Shown here piece by piece: positions 38,960 through 50,881 of a stretch of DNA of 64,000 nt. Made by a program: the position numbers and the translations under genes. Origin of the DNA: Eledone cirrhosa (taxonomy: Eukaryota); assembly GCA_964016885.1 (NCBI GenBank), contig OZ024742.1, forward strand, positions 137,454,001 to 137,518,000, read 5' to 3'. Every line of letters starts with the position of its first letter. Positions within the stretch are counted from its first letter, which is position 1. The notes under the pieces were generated by a model, which did no database searches, was not told where the DNA came from, and saw nothing but the letters and a program-made list of their open reading frames with translations.

Positions 38960-41900
38960 GAAAGATTGGGGTATTTGTGGTTCGGGTGTATGATGGTCAT
39001 TTTATGCCCTTTTTAGCCTATCCACCGAAATTGTCTCTCTGGACCCATTAATGTCTACAGTGAAATATGTGTCAGTACGTGCTTACACACGGTAGGGTCT
39101 AGAGTACGGTTGTCTGAGGGGTGGAGTAACCGCATCGTTTCTGACGAATACATGTGTCCACGAGGCAATATCCCTCGGGACTGCAGCTTTAACAGTTTGT
39201 TTCCTAGTATTTATGGGCGGTAAATCCTGAAAATAGGAGCGTAAACGAGATACGTAGGAAACAGGGTCCTGGAAAGCAAGATCAACAGGGGCAAGCATTT
39301 TCCCAAACAACGCTAGAGGAGCACCATACAGTAATTCGGCCGGGGGAACCCAAGGTCCTCCTTTATTGATGACCAATTCCTAACAACACAAAAGGAAGGT
39401 ACTCGCTCCAACGTTGAGAGTCCGGATAGGCGCACAGAGCGGCCTTTAATTGGTGGTGGAATCGTTCCACCATTCCGTTTGAAGCAGCATGATAGGCTGT
39501 GGTCCGAATCCGTTGAGCGCCAATGATTTTTGTGAGCTCAGAGAAAAGATGAGACTCAAATTGTCTACCACGGTCTGTGGTGACTGTAGTTGATACCCCA
39601 AAGCGGGTAATCCACCTTGATACCAGGGCACGCGCAACAGTCTCGGCAGTTATATCTTATAAGGGGATGGCTTCAGGCCATCGCTAAAAACGATCGATAC
39701 AGATCAAGAGGTACGAATATCCACTGCTGAATGGCCAAGGTCCAACGATAAAAATGTGGATGTGCTGAAACCGAGCATCTAGAGTACTGAAAGTAACAAG
39801 TGGAGGCCAGGTGTGTCTGTGGATTTTAGATCTCTGACACTGTGTGCAGGAACGTCACCAGGCAGTAATTTCTCGCCTCATATTGGGCCAGAAAAATCTA
39901 GCCGTTATAAGCTTTACTGTGGCAGAAATTCCTGGATGAGAAATGCTGTGCAAAGCAAGGAACACAATTCGACGGTGAGTCTCAGGAACAAATGGTCGTG
40001 GTGAATCCGTAGATACATCACATAGAATCTGCCTGTCGGTGGTTGATAAGGGCAGCTATTTGAAGATGCAAGTCGCAAAGTCGCAAATTCGGCAGAAAGA
40101 GTATCCAACGATTGGAGTGCAGGTTGGTCTGCAGCTAAACGACCTAAGTCGATCTACTGGGATGCCGAGATGGAGCTGATTGGCAAACGTGACAATGCGT
40201 CTGCAGCTATGTTATGCGAGCCAACAATGTGCTGGATATCATTTGTAAATTGCGAAACATAGTCCAGGTGCCTTGTCTCTCTGGGCGAATATCTGTCGGC
40301 TTTAGCCCTCAAAGCGAAGGTCAGAGGTTTGTGGTCTTAAAACAGTAAAATTTCTCCCCTCAAGACTATGAGAGAAATGTTTCACCGACAGATATACGGC
40401 TAATAATTCCCGCCCAAACGTCCTGTAACGCGTTTCTGCTGGTTTCAGCTTCCTTGAGAAAAATGCCAAAGGCTGTTGGTTTCCAGCGTTTTACGGCTGT
40501 AAAACTGCTCCCACAGCGGTATCAGATGCATCAACACAAAGCGAAAGCTTGGGCTCTGGTACCAGTGGGCTAGCAAAGATGAACTAGCGATGCTGTCTTG
40601 GCAGTCTGGAAGTCTTGAAGCTGTCCTTTTCAAAATGTCAGTAAGGACAATGAGGAACGAAACGCATATAGAAATTGATTAGGCCTAAGAAGTGACGAAA
40701 CTGGTGAAGCGTAGTAGGCTGAGATAAATCCTGTATGGCTTGAACTCGCTGAGAGAGCGGCCTAATACCTTCGGCGTCGATGAGGTGGCCTAAACAATTT
40801 AACGAAGTGGAACCTAAAACACACTTTGCGGGATTCACACGAACGCGGTAATCCTGGAATCGCCGAAATAAGAGATTCATGTGGCGCATATGCTCTTCTG
40901 GAGAGGAACTAGCGACGAGAATATCGTCTATGTAAGCATAAACGAAGTCCAGACCACGAGTGACTTAGTCTATGAACCGCTGAAAAGTGCTACCGGCGTT
41001 CCTGAGTCCGAAAGGCATGGTAAAAAAATCGAAGGATCCGAAAGGAGTTGTAATTACCGTTTTCGGAATATCCTCCTTCCTGACCGGAATTTGGTGGTAG
41101 GCTCGCACTAAATCTAGTTTTGAGAAAATCTTACATCCCTGCAATGAAGATGCGAAATCCTGGAGATGGGGAATGGGATACCTATCTGGGACGGTCATAG
41201 CATTTAACCTTCTATAATCCCCAGTGTGTCTCCAGTCTCCGGAAGTCTTGGGCACCATGTGTATCGGTGAAGCCCAAGGACTCGTAGATAGGCGAATAAT
41301 GCCCAGCTGCAGCATATATTCGAACTCGGACCGTGCTGCCTTTAATTTGTCCGCGGGTAAGCGGCGTGGACGCGAAAACACTGGAGCACCGGTGGTGGAA
41401 ATGAAATGTTCAGTTGAGTGGGTTGGCTCAGTGACTCTAAAATTTCCATCGGTGAGCTCCGGGAAAGAACCTAACAACGAATGGTAGGCGTCTCCAGCGG
41501 CAGCGATGAAGAATATGGGGCTGACTGTTGGAGCATTGGCTTTCCGCCCACGAATTGAAAAACCGGTGATTTCATCCACCAGGCTTTGGCCAGGGACGTC
41601 CACAGTCAAAGAGAAGTTGTGGAGGAAAACCGCTCATAAGATAGGGTATGGCAAATCGGCAACCGTAAAAATCCACTTAAAATCCATACGAAGATTTAGG
41701 AATTTGAGAGGAAGCGAGATTTGCCCGTACGTCTTTATAGACGAGTGGTTAACGGCCTGGAGAGTAACGGATGGTACTCTACGGATGATACTCTACTAAT
41801 CTTTCAGGCAATGGACTGGCCAAATACTACAGGAGGCTCCTGTATCCACGAGGAAACCTCTTCCCGACCTAAGGCCCTTAATGAAGAAATTGCGGTTTGG

Positions 41901-42120
41901 TGGCTTTATGTTGAGATCAACTGCCCCCATCAGTGGACCTCTTTGGCGTTCCCCGCCTTATGAAACGAGCAAGGTTACACGCAGTGGTTAGCGCTCTCGG
42001 CGAATCGCTGATGGTACCAGCATAAAGATGAAGCTGGTGATTTGGGACGGCGTCTAAAAGATTGAGGTCTCCCGCGGCTGCGCGGGCGCGAAAGGGCACC
42101 ACACCAGACCTTTAGCTTCT
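38960..42120 (-). pseudogene. Gypsy gag remnant and pol (protease, RT, RNase H, integrase), frameshifted
   Basis: LCWYHQRF (gag); FLVDTGA (~41850); [57 protein letters not shown]; VDASDTAVGA; DRFSRWPEAIP; WTHVFVRND. Confidence 0.9.
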
Positions 42121-43719
42121 GGAGCTTCATAATGGCTGAATGAGATGCAATTGTTATACCGTAGGTAATCTGGGTGTTCGTTTTGCACATATGAAGAGTT
42201 TGATGTTAGGTGTTACAGAGAAATGTGTTTAGATCGATCAATACAGCCATATCTGAATCAAGTGTGTTGTTCTGTATTAAATGTTTTTTTCTTTCTCTTT
42301 TTCTTTTATATACACATGGTACCATTTCCCATTTTTTTTTTTTTAAACGTCAAGTCACCAAATTAGGATATTAGTATCAGTGTATATATATATATATTTA
42401 AGAATGACAATAATAAATATTTAAGAATGACAAATATATATTTAAGAATGACAAAAAGTTTTAAGACATGGTTTTACTTCACAGAAGTCAAATAAATTGA
42501 TATAAATAATTGTTACCACATGTTGATGGTCAGTTGGTCACAACTCCCAGACTGGAGTGTGTAGAGAAGAACAGAAATCTTCTCTTGGTAAGGTTCTTCT
42601 TGTTCCTTAGAAATTCAGGATGCGAGAGAGAGTTATGCCTTCATTGTCCTCAAATATGTAGTCCCCAGGGGGACGCAACTCCATTTAGTACATGAATCTG
42701 CCAATAGGGGTCGCCGACCGTCGCAAAGGGATGTAACTCCTATACGTGCTGAGTTACGACCGTCGTAAAGGGACGCAAGTCCTATACGTGCTGAGTCACA
42801 GCCGTAAGGGGCCGCTACAGTACCCTCCTCCAGACGCTAAGCGAAAAGCCCGAAGGTAACTGTAGTGAACCCACAAGGGGCCGCTACATAACCATACAAG
42901 AATCAGGGAGAAAGTGTTTTAAGACTATCTGCACACATACATTTGGGAAGAAAAATACGTAAAAAGAAACTTACGGGGTGTAGTGGTAGGTTGATGGTAC
43001 AATGTAATTGATAGAGCGATATACTAGGTGAGGAGTCCCCACTTTCTTCATCAGATTAGTTTACTACTATGATAAACCAAACCAAAGCACTATCAAGACC
43101 AGTGTTCTAGCTTTTTACACCCTAAAAATATTATTTCACCTCGTAAGGATTGCTGAACACACTAACTGGAACCGCTGGCGCCGCAGTCATGATTTTACAT
43201 TTCTCTATATCCACTCGGCATCTTCACATGCATTGATAACTTCCATGATCAGTGGTCTCCTGGTCACAGGACATATATGCACGATACTGCATATGAAATG
43301 AAACCAATACATGTACAAAAAAAAACATGGTTTGCTCATTTATGGAAATAATACAATAAACACAGAGTATGTGTATTAATCTATCTATGGATGGCCTTCC
43401 CTCGCTCTCATTTTGTCTTACTCTTTCTATTCGTATGTATATGGGTATGTTCTTCTGGTTTTATAATTTCACAAATTTTTGCCAATAGAGAGAGAGTCGG
43501 TTTCTAACATAGACACAAGACTCACTCAGTGAAATTTAGAGAATATCAACTAGGTAGATATGTATGCATGTCTGCATGCATGCATGTGTTGGTGTGGATG
43601 TTATTGTATGTGTAGATGCGTACGTTTTGAGCTGTACGTGTGAATGTGTATGTTTTGAGTTGTCTATGTACATGTGTATATGTAGTTATTAGATGCACAA
43701 TTATTTGAATGTTTTACAT

Positions 43720-45865
43720 ATTTTTATTGTTCCATTAATGAATTGTACTTGTAATTTCCTAACTAGTTGTGTTCATTCTGTTCCTGTGAAGCCCAGCTTC
43801 TCAAGATTTATATTGTGTCAGTTACTAACATATCCCAGAGCCCCAATAATCACAGGAATAAATCTGCAGGTATAATCAGGGTGGTGTATCTGCAGATTTC
43901 TCATTAGTTCTGCATAAATATTCTCCTTTTCGCTAATCTTTGATAATATATTGGCTTCTGCTGGGCAGCTAGCTTCCACTACTGTGCATGCTTACTTTTC
44001 CCTGTCCCATATCAATATATCTAGTCTGTTATGCCTGCATTTTACTGGCGTTTTTACTGGAACATTCCACCAGTACTCTTTCATATTATATATATGTATG
44101 TCTTCCACATTGCTGTAGCTTTTAATGTGTTTATTTTCGGGGTTATATTTTCTACGGATTGCATTATACAGTGTTTTATCTAATCATGCCACATAGGTAG
44201 ATATTACCGTGATGACATCTTTGGACAGCTGCTTATGACATGGGTGACATCGTCGATGTTAATTCTGCAATGTCTGCACTTGTCACATCTAGGTGTTTTA
44301 CCGGCATCACTATCTCTTTTGTGAATCAGGTATTTCGTGTTAATTTCCTGTTCTTGGATTGCAAAAGAGCATCCTTCAATGTGGGAGCCAATATAGCGGT
44401 TGTTAGTCAAGATAGACTACTTTCCTTATCTATATTACTCTCACTATGGAGCTTCCTGGCAACATATACATGCATGATTTTTTGCTGATAAGCATGCTGT
44501 ATTTCATACATGGATTCACTCCGATACTGTTGAGCGACATCCCTGGGGGTGAGTTTTTGATTATCACCCAGGGAATATCTCTCGAGGAGTTCCTTCCCAA
44601 CTCTCATGATCTTATCTGTTTCATGCAGATAGTCTTTCACGGGAGACGGGTTCCTACGCTTCGAAGTTCGTAGATGTTGTCGGAGAGTTATCATGCGACA
44701 TTCAAATGCCGTCTGGGCTGATGCTAGGCCTCTGCCTCCCTGCTTACGTTTCAAGTAAATGCGTTCTATGTAACTGTTGATGTGGAAGTTTCCGGTGTTG
44801 TTTAGTATTTTTCGAGTTCTAATATCAGTTGCTCGGATTTCGTCTATCCTCCAATTGAGTATTCCAAACGTTGGTGTTAGGCCAGGCACAGCAAACACAT
44901 TGTAAGCCACTGTTTTATTGTTCGCAGAGAGTTCCGATAACCATATTTTTCTTACTCAGGTATAGTATTCCCTGGTTACGCATACCATTATAGGATATGT
45001 TCTCATCTATCCCCTGGTATCTGTAGCAGTCCTCATCAGATATTGGTGAAACAGGTAGGCCATTGATAACAATGTTGAAAGATAAGGTTGTTGTTTTTCC
45101 CCGCTTTACAGTCATATCTTGGCTAAACTCCCTTCCTGTTTCCTTTGAGAACGTTGTAACCAGGTCAAGATTTTTCTTCGTCCTCTCTATGTTCATGGCA
45201 TAGAGTTTCAGATCACCCACAAAGAAATTATGGGTTAGGTTCGTATTTCTGTCCTCCTGTTAGCCAATGATCTATCCTTCACATTTCTTGAGCTGAAAGG
45301 ACATGTGGTTTAATAACAGGATGAATAATATCACAGAAAGACTGTCTCCCTGAAATATACGCCTGCGATATTTTATTTTATCAGTGAAAATAGAGTCCTC
45401 CCTCTCTGTCTTTAACCTTAGAATAGTAGCCCAAGAAGAAGACAGCTTCTCTATGGCTCTGATAATAACGTCTGGGACTTTAGCAAGTTGGAGGGCCTCT
45501 ATCATCCAAGAGTGGGGAACAGAATCGAAAGCTTTCCTGTAGTCCAGCCAGACTGTAGCCATATTCCTCCTAAGTTGTCGCGTATCCGACATCGCAGTTT
45601 TGTTGATTAGAAGTTGTTCAGCACATCCCCAAACACCTTTCTTTCCAGCTGTTTGTTCATCTGTGATGATCTTATTATTTTAACAGGCAGGCCGTATACA
45701 TCTAATACATCAGGTTCTCGCATGCAATGGGTCGGTAGATTTTGCCAGGTGGGCATCTTTTTTTTGGGGGGGGGGGGGGACCAGTGATGTTTGTGCTAAT
45801 GTCAACTATTCTGGTATAAGTGTATCTCCTTTAAGAACTTGTTGGTAGAGGTCGGTAAGATACCT
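43720..45865 (-). mobile_element. Decayed Dong/R4-like LINE (RT, CCHC, RLE), second family
   Basis: WLDYRKAFDSVPHSW, IFQGDSLS, FVGDLKLYA, RKQGGRGL, FAIQEQEINT, KCRHC..DDVTHVISSCPKM, WWNVPVKT..HNRLDILIWD. Confidence 0.88.
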
Positions 45866-47479
45866 CTCTCTCTCTATGTATGTATTTATGTGTATATATG
45901 TATATATGTGTGCATGTATGCGTGTACCTATATGTGTATATACGTATACATGAATTAATAGTTTGGCTTATCTATGCATCATCACTAGTTAAGTAGGTGT
46001 AAACAAATATATCTCATTCAAATGCTTTTGTATCGAAAGAATTAAATGACTTTAACTACATCTACGAAAACAATGATAAAGAAAGTATGCGTGAATGGCT
46101 CGTACCTAAACATAATTAAACATAAACACATATATACATCACCCACACACTATTATTTGTATATATATATATATATTGTTTTTTTTTGTTTTGTTTTTTG
46201 TATATATAATATTGGCACTAGAAATAAAAGTGCGTGATTCATAATAGGTGTGTGTATGAAATCTTATACGTTAAGTTTATATATAATAAAAGTGATATGA
46301 GTCACTCTAGGGTGGATTTAAGAAGCTTTCGTTTCTTAACTCAGTTGCTAGTGTTTCAGGATGCATTATATAATCTAGGGGCACTAGAGACTGGCGTTCT
46401 CCCACGGCTACTGGGATACCTATGGCATGATTACTGCTAAAAGTCACATCGCGATCTTTACATAAAATTATACATATACATATGGTAAAGTGGTATTTAG
46501 CTAACAGATGACAAAGCAAACTATTATTATTATATTTCATTATAATTACTTCAAGTTGAATACCTTATTTTCAAATGAATAATAATACCAAAATAAAAAC
46601 ACAATGCGACCTTTTCTAACGGACCTCACCAGCGTGGAACAATCATAAAACCTTCTCTGCTCCATTATATTTTTCATTAGTGACATCTGTATGTTTATAA
46701 TTTAATTATTAAATTACCCACATTCCTCACCTTCACCTTTATGGTGACCTAAATATTTTGGTTCTGACATTTATCAAGTTTGTTTTGACTGAGGAAGTAT
46801 TCATAGTCATGTGATTCTTGATCTGTATCTGATTGTGAACCCGTAGACAACGTACATTCACATGCACACTTTTGCGTAGGTGATGGGGCAGCTAGGTAAT
46901 GTGCATGATCGTATGCAGGTCAAGGTTGCAATAGTAGTCTCCTTAAGGTGAGCCCTGAGTATGATAAACTAAGATACGAACTAACATCCATAATCAAACA
47001 TGTTTTTATCTTCTTGTTATACCTTTAAATATCTTCGGTCTTAGGGTATTTTCTTTTAGGTGCTGTCTTTATTTTGATTTGATTTTTCCATATATATTTA
47101 CATGCAAATAGATTATATTTGTTAACTTGAATCCAAAGGCGTCTGTAAATATTACTTTCGCAATGAATTTTTGTGTAAATCGCAAACATTGTTTTACTAA
47201 AATCACCGTTTAACTTTGAAGAACTAGAATTACTACCAAGGAGGTTTCAAACATTAAATATAGGTCGGTAGAAGATGATGTGAAAAATATTAGTCAAGGA
47301 AATCAAGAAATTTATTGAACAAAGAATAACTAACACATTTATCGGAAATCATATCTACCAGTATATCACCGTTACAAACACTGGGGTGCTATATAATGGT
47401 GATTAGGTTTTAAGTTTCTTTTTAAGGAAAAGAAAAGAAAGAAATCTATCTAAAGAAACTATGTTTATACACACACGCG

Positions 47480-47552
<73 letters not shown>

Positions 47553-47849
47553 TTGTACGTGTTTGTGTGAGTGTTTATATCTATCCCATCTATCTATCTA
47601 TATGTGTGTGTGTGAGTGTGTGTGTATGTGAGTATAGCATAACATTGGATAGTAATTACCATATCTCTTAAAAATCATATTTCGTCCTCTAACATATTTT
47701 TGCTTTATAAGGTCTTCTATTCTTCAGTTGATCGACACTATAATATGTAACTCTTCTATATTTAACTGATCCCCTGAAACGGACAGTCACACGTTAGTGT
47801 CATTTGAAATATATTACTGTAATTCTATTAGACACATTTGATACATTTA

Positions 47850-48020
47850 ATCTGTCGATCTCCCTTACTATCCTCCGGGGAAACGCCTTCTCCATTCTGT
47901 CCGCCGGGGCTGTGGGGAAGCCAGCACGTGGGACCCCATTTGCTCACCATAGAGAGAGATGGGGAGGGCGAGGGAGATGGAGGCGATGACAGTGGGAGTT
48001 CAGCTCTTCCACGTTCGGAC
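47850..48020 (+). mobile_element. 3' end of a CRE-like RLE retrotransposon; related 3' UTR piece at 9194-9285
   Basis: SISLTILRGNAFSILSAG resembles the CRE C-terminal S.AIQRGNA..IL motif. The downstream ccccatttgc...gacagtgggagtt recurs at 9197-9265. Confidence 0.55.
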
Positions 48021-48553
48021 CATATACTTGTGGTTGTGTTCATTAAACAGTTAATTAGTCTGTATAACCATACAGATAATGTACATCCTAGCAACACATA
48101 TCATCATCATCAGGCATTTATTAGCATCACTAACATTACCAGAGATTGAATAAATATAGCAGTGGCCCTGCTTCAGCATTCGGAACAGATCGATGAGTTG
48201 AGGCAAAAAACAAGGTGTAGCTCTCTACCGCAGTATGCAAGAACTGTGATTATTTCAAATTATCAAAAGTATAAGGACATTGTTGTTGATCATCTTCAGT
48301 TGACAATGCCACATTTGCTTATAGTTACAATGGTGTTCAAAATAAAATAAACCCAAATATTGTAATTGGATATTAAATTATTTTGGTCCATTTTATTGAT
48401 TTTGTTGTCTTTATTATATGTGTCACCTTTTCTTTAAAACCAAATTAATGATGTCTGATATAGGCACGAATGCTACTCTGAAAACTAAATAATGGTAAGT
48501 ATATTTATATATATATATATATACAGGAACACACACACAAATTCACACACTCA

Positions 48554-48643
<90 letters not shown>

Positions 48644-49521
48644 CGATCCATTCCTTCCCCATCCTTAGGCCTACCACTTATGTCTCATTCTCGTATTTCT
48701 TCCCCTCTCACTTAATTTTTAATTTATTATCTTTTATCTTTTATCTGTCATTTGTTACTATTTTATATTTTCTACTCTAACCCTCTGAGGGTTGACCACC
48801 ACGTATATATGTATGTATTTAATGTTGCTTTTCATGTTAGTATCATCTTGACACATACACTTACTCACTACCACCACTATTATCACCAATCGCATTATGT
48901 ACTTAATATTATTTTACTTATTTTTTACATCTGTACCATCTCCATTCTGTCTTCTTTACCTCTTTATCATTATTTTTTATTATTGATGTTATTGTTTTGA
49001 TTCTCCATTGTATCTATATATATCAATGCCATATGAAAAACCTCCAGAATTCCAATGATTTGATCAGAGGTAAACATTGTATTTAAGGTCGAGTGACGCA
49101 ACTTCGAGTGATTAGCGGCCTTTAGATTCACGTGATCAATGAAACAATTGTTAATACTTGAAATAAAACCCATTTTGTACAGCCGACAATGTTATTCTTC
49201 AATCTTTCACTATATATATACATATAACGAATGAATGATGATTAACACGGATAAACAATACAATAGGGTTTATTCCAAGAATTAACATATGTTTCATTGC
49301 GTAGTATGCAATCGATTGTGTCTTAAAATCGCTATCTACAATGTAATTGTGAAACTCTATTTTAAATACTAGTCATACAAGGCAAGTTATCAAAACACTG
49401 ATTTTGGAATCAGCGATACAACGATTTTATACTAAGTCGTATAAACATCAAGATGAAACATAAAATAAATAAATTTTGGGATTCATATATCTGGTGGGCA
49501 ATAAACTTGTTATAGGGAAAT

Positions 49522-49575
<54 letters not shown>

Positions 49576-49634
49576 GACATTGTTTTCCAATTACAACCCG
49601 TCCCTCCCCTCAATCTATCTTATTTCTCATTCTT

Positions 49635-49762
49635 TCTTCAGACGAAGGACTAGTGTCCGAAACGTTAAGACCCTCTTCCTGCTATATCAAGCGTTAACCT
49701 AATATATCCCTTCCATATACTGTACCTACTGTGTTGTTATTTCTGATTACCTTTTACATACG

Positions 49763-49806
<44 letters not shown>

Positions 49807-49808
49807 GT

Positions 49809-49839
<31 letters not shown>

Positions 49840-49915
49840 TATATATTTCTATTTCATCTGTTATTCCTCATTCTATCATCTGATGAATGAATAGTATTCG
49901 AAACGTTAAGAATCT
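49635..49915 (+). ncRNA. Two related minimal hammerhead motifs about 240 bp apart (49635-49670, 49876-49911)
   Basis: tctt-CAGACGA-a-ggac-tagt-gtcc-GAAA-cg-TT-aaga, and tcat-CTGATGA-at-gaat-agt-attc-GAAA-cg-TT-aaga. Confidence 0.55.
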
Positions 49916-50061
49916 ATTCCTTTCATTCCAAACCTTAAAGTAATATATTTCTTCATTGTACTCATTCTACTATGTCATCAGCTTTGGTATTTCTCTTTAA
50001 ATGTTATACACACACACACACACACGCACGCACACACACACGCACGCACACACACACACAC

Positions 50062-50108
<47 letters not shown>

Positions 50109-50158
50109 TACACACACACACAAACACACACACACTCACACACGCATATATATATATA

Positions 50159-50481
50159 ATGTAGGATGCTCAATGGCATGAAATATCCGCAGTGAACACC
50201 CTATGAAAATGGCGAAAAGACCCTTCGACAGTAACCCAGTAGAGTGTTACTAACATTGTTCTAAGAGACATATCTTGCCGCCAAAATTACTGAGCTGAAT
50301 CAAACTTTTCAAAAACGTAGAAACATCGTGGGTGAAGCTCGAATTTTCGAACTAGTGAAGCGCTGAGAGAATAGATAGATTATGTCGGATATTCAGTTGA
50401 CGACAATAACTGCAATTACAGTTAGTGTTATAAAATTGATTAAAAAGCCCGGGCTACTTTCTGGACTTGAGCATCCTACAT
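50159..50481. mobile_element. MITE with 15-bp perfect terminal inverted repeats
   Basis: ATGTAGGATGCTCAA (50159-50173) / TTGAGCATCCTACAT (50467-50481), extending imperfectly to ~30 bp. Confidence 0.65.
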
Positions 50482-50881
50482 CTATAAATCTATTCACTCA
50501 GTGCATCGTAAGTTTGAGCTTCGCGTACAATACCCATATCATAAACATATAGAATGGCATAAATAAACGAAATGAAAGTATTCAAAACGACAGAAATATT
50601 AATCAACAGGTGTAAATGATGCAATACATCATCACACCTGGAAAGTACTTCCTGTGTAAGATCGCTAATCACTTTAAATTAAATTAATATAGTTGATGGA
50701 AAAAACAATTGAAATATGTAATAGTAGATGTTTGTTTCTATGACAGTCTCTGCGCGTTTGTGTGTATTTATATGTGATTCTGTCTATATACATATGCAGG
50801 TATTTGTTATTCTATGCGTGTGGATAGGAAAACGTGGAGTTTAAATTATTTTCATTTAAATGCTCCTTCATATTTTTTTTA

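Larger units (their letters stand above)
37944..42888 (-). mobile_element. Decayed Ty3/Gypsy LTR retrotransposon
   Basis: LTRs at 37944-38657 and 42363-42819 start TGTAGCGG on the minus strand. PBS TGGTGAC at 42354-42360, PPT tggaggaggatac at 38658-38670, TSD taact/taacc. Domain order PR-RT-RH-IN. Confidence 0.92.
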
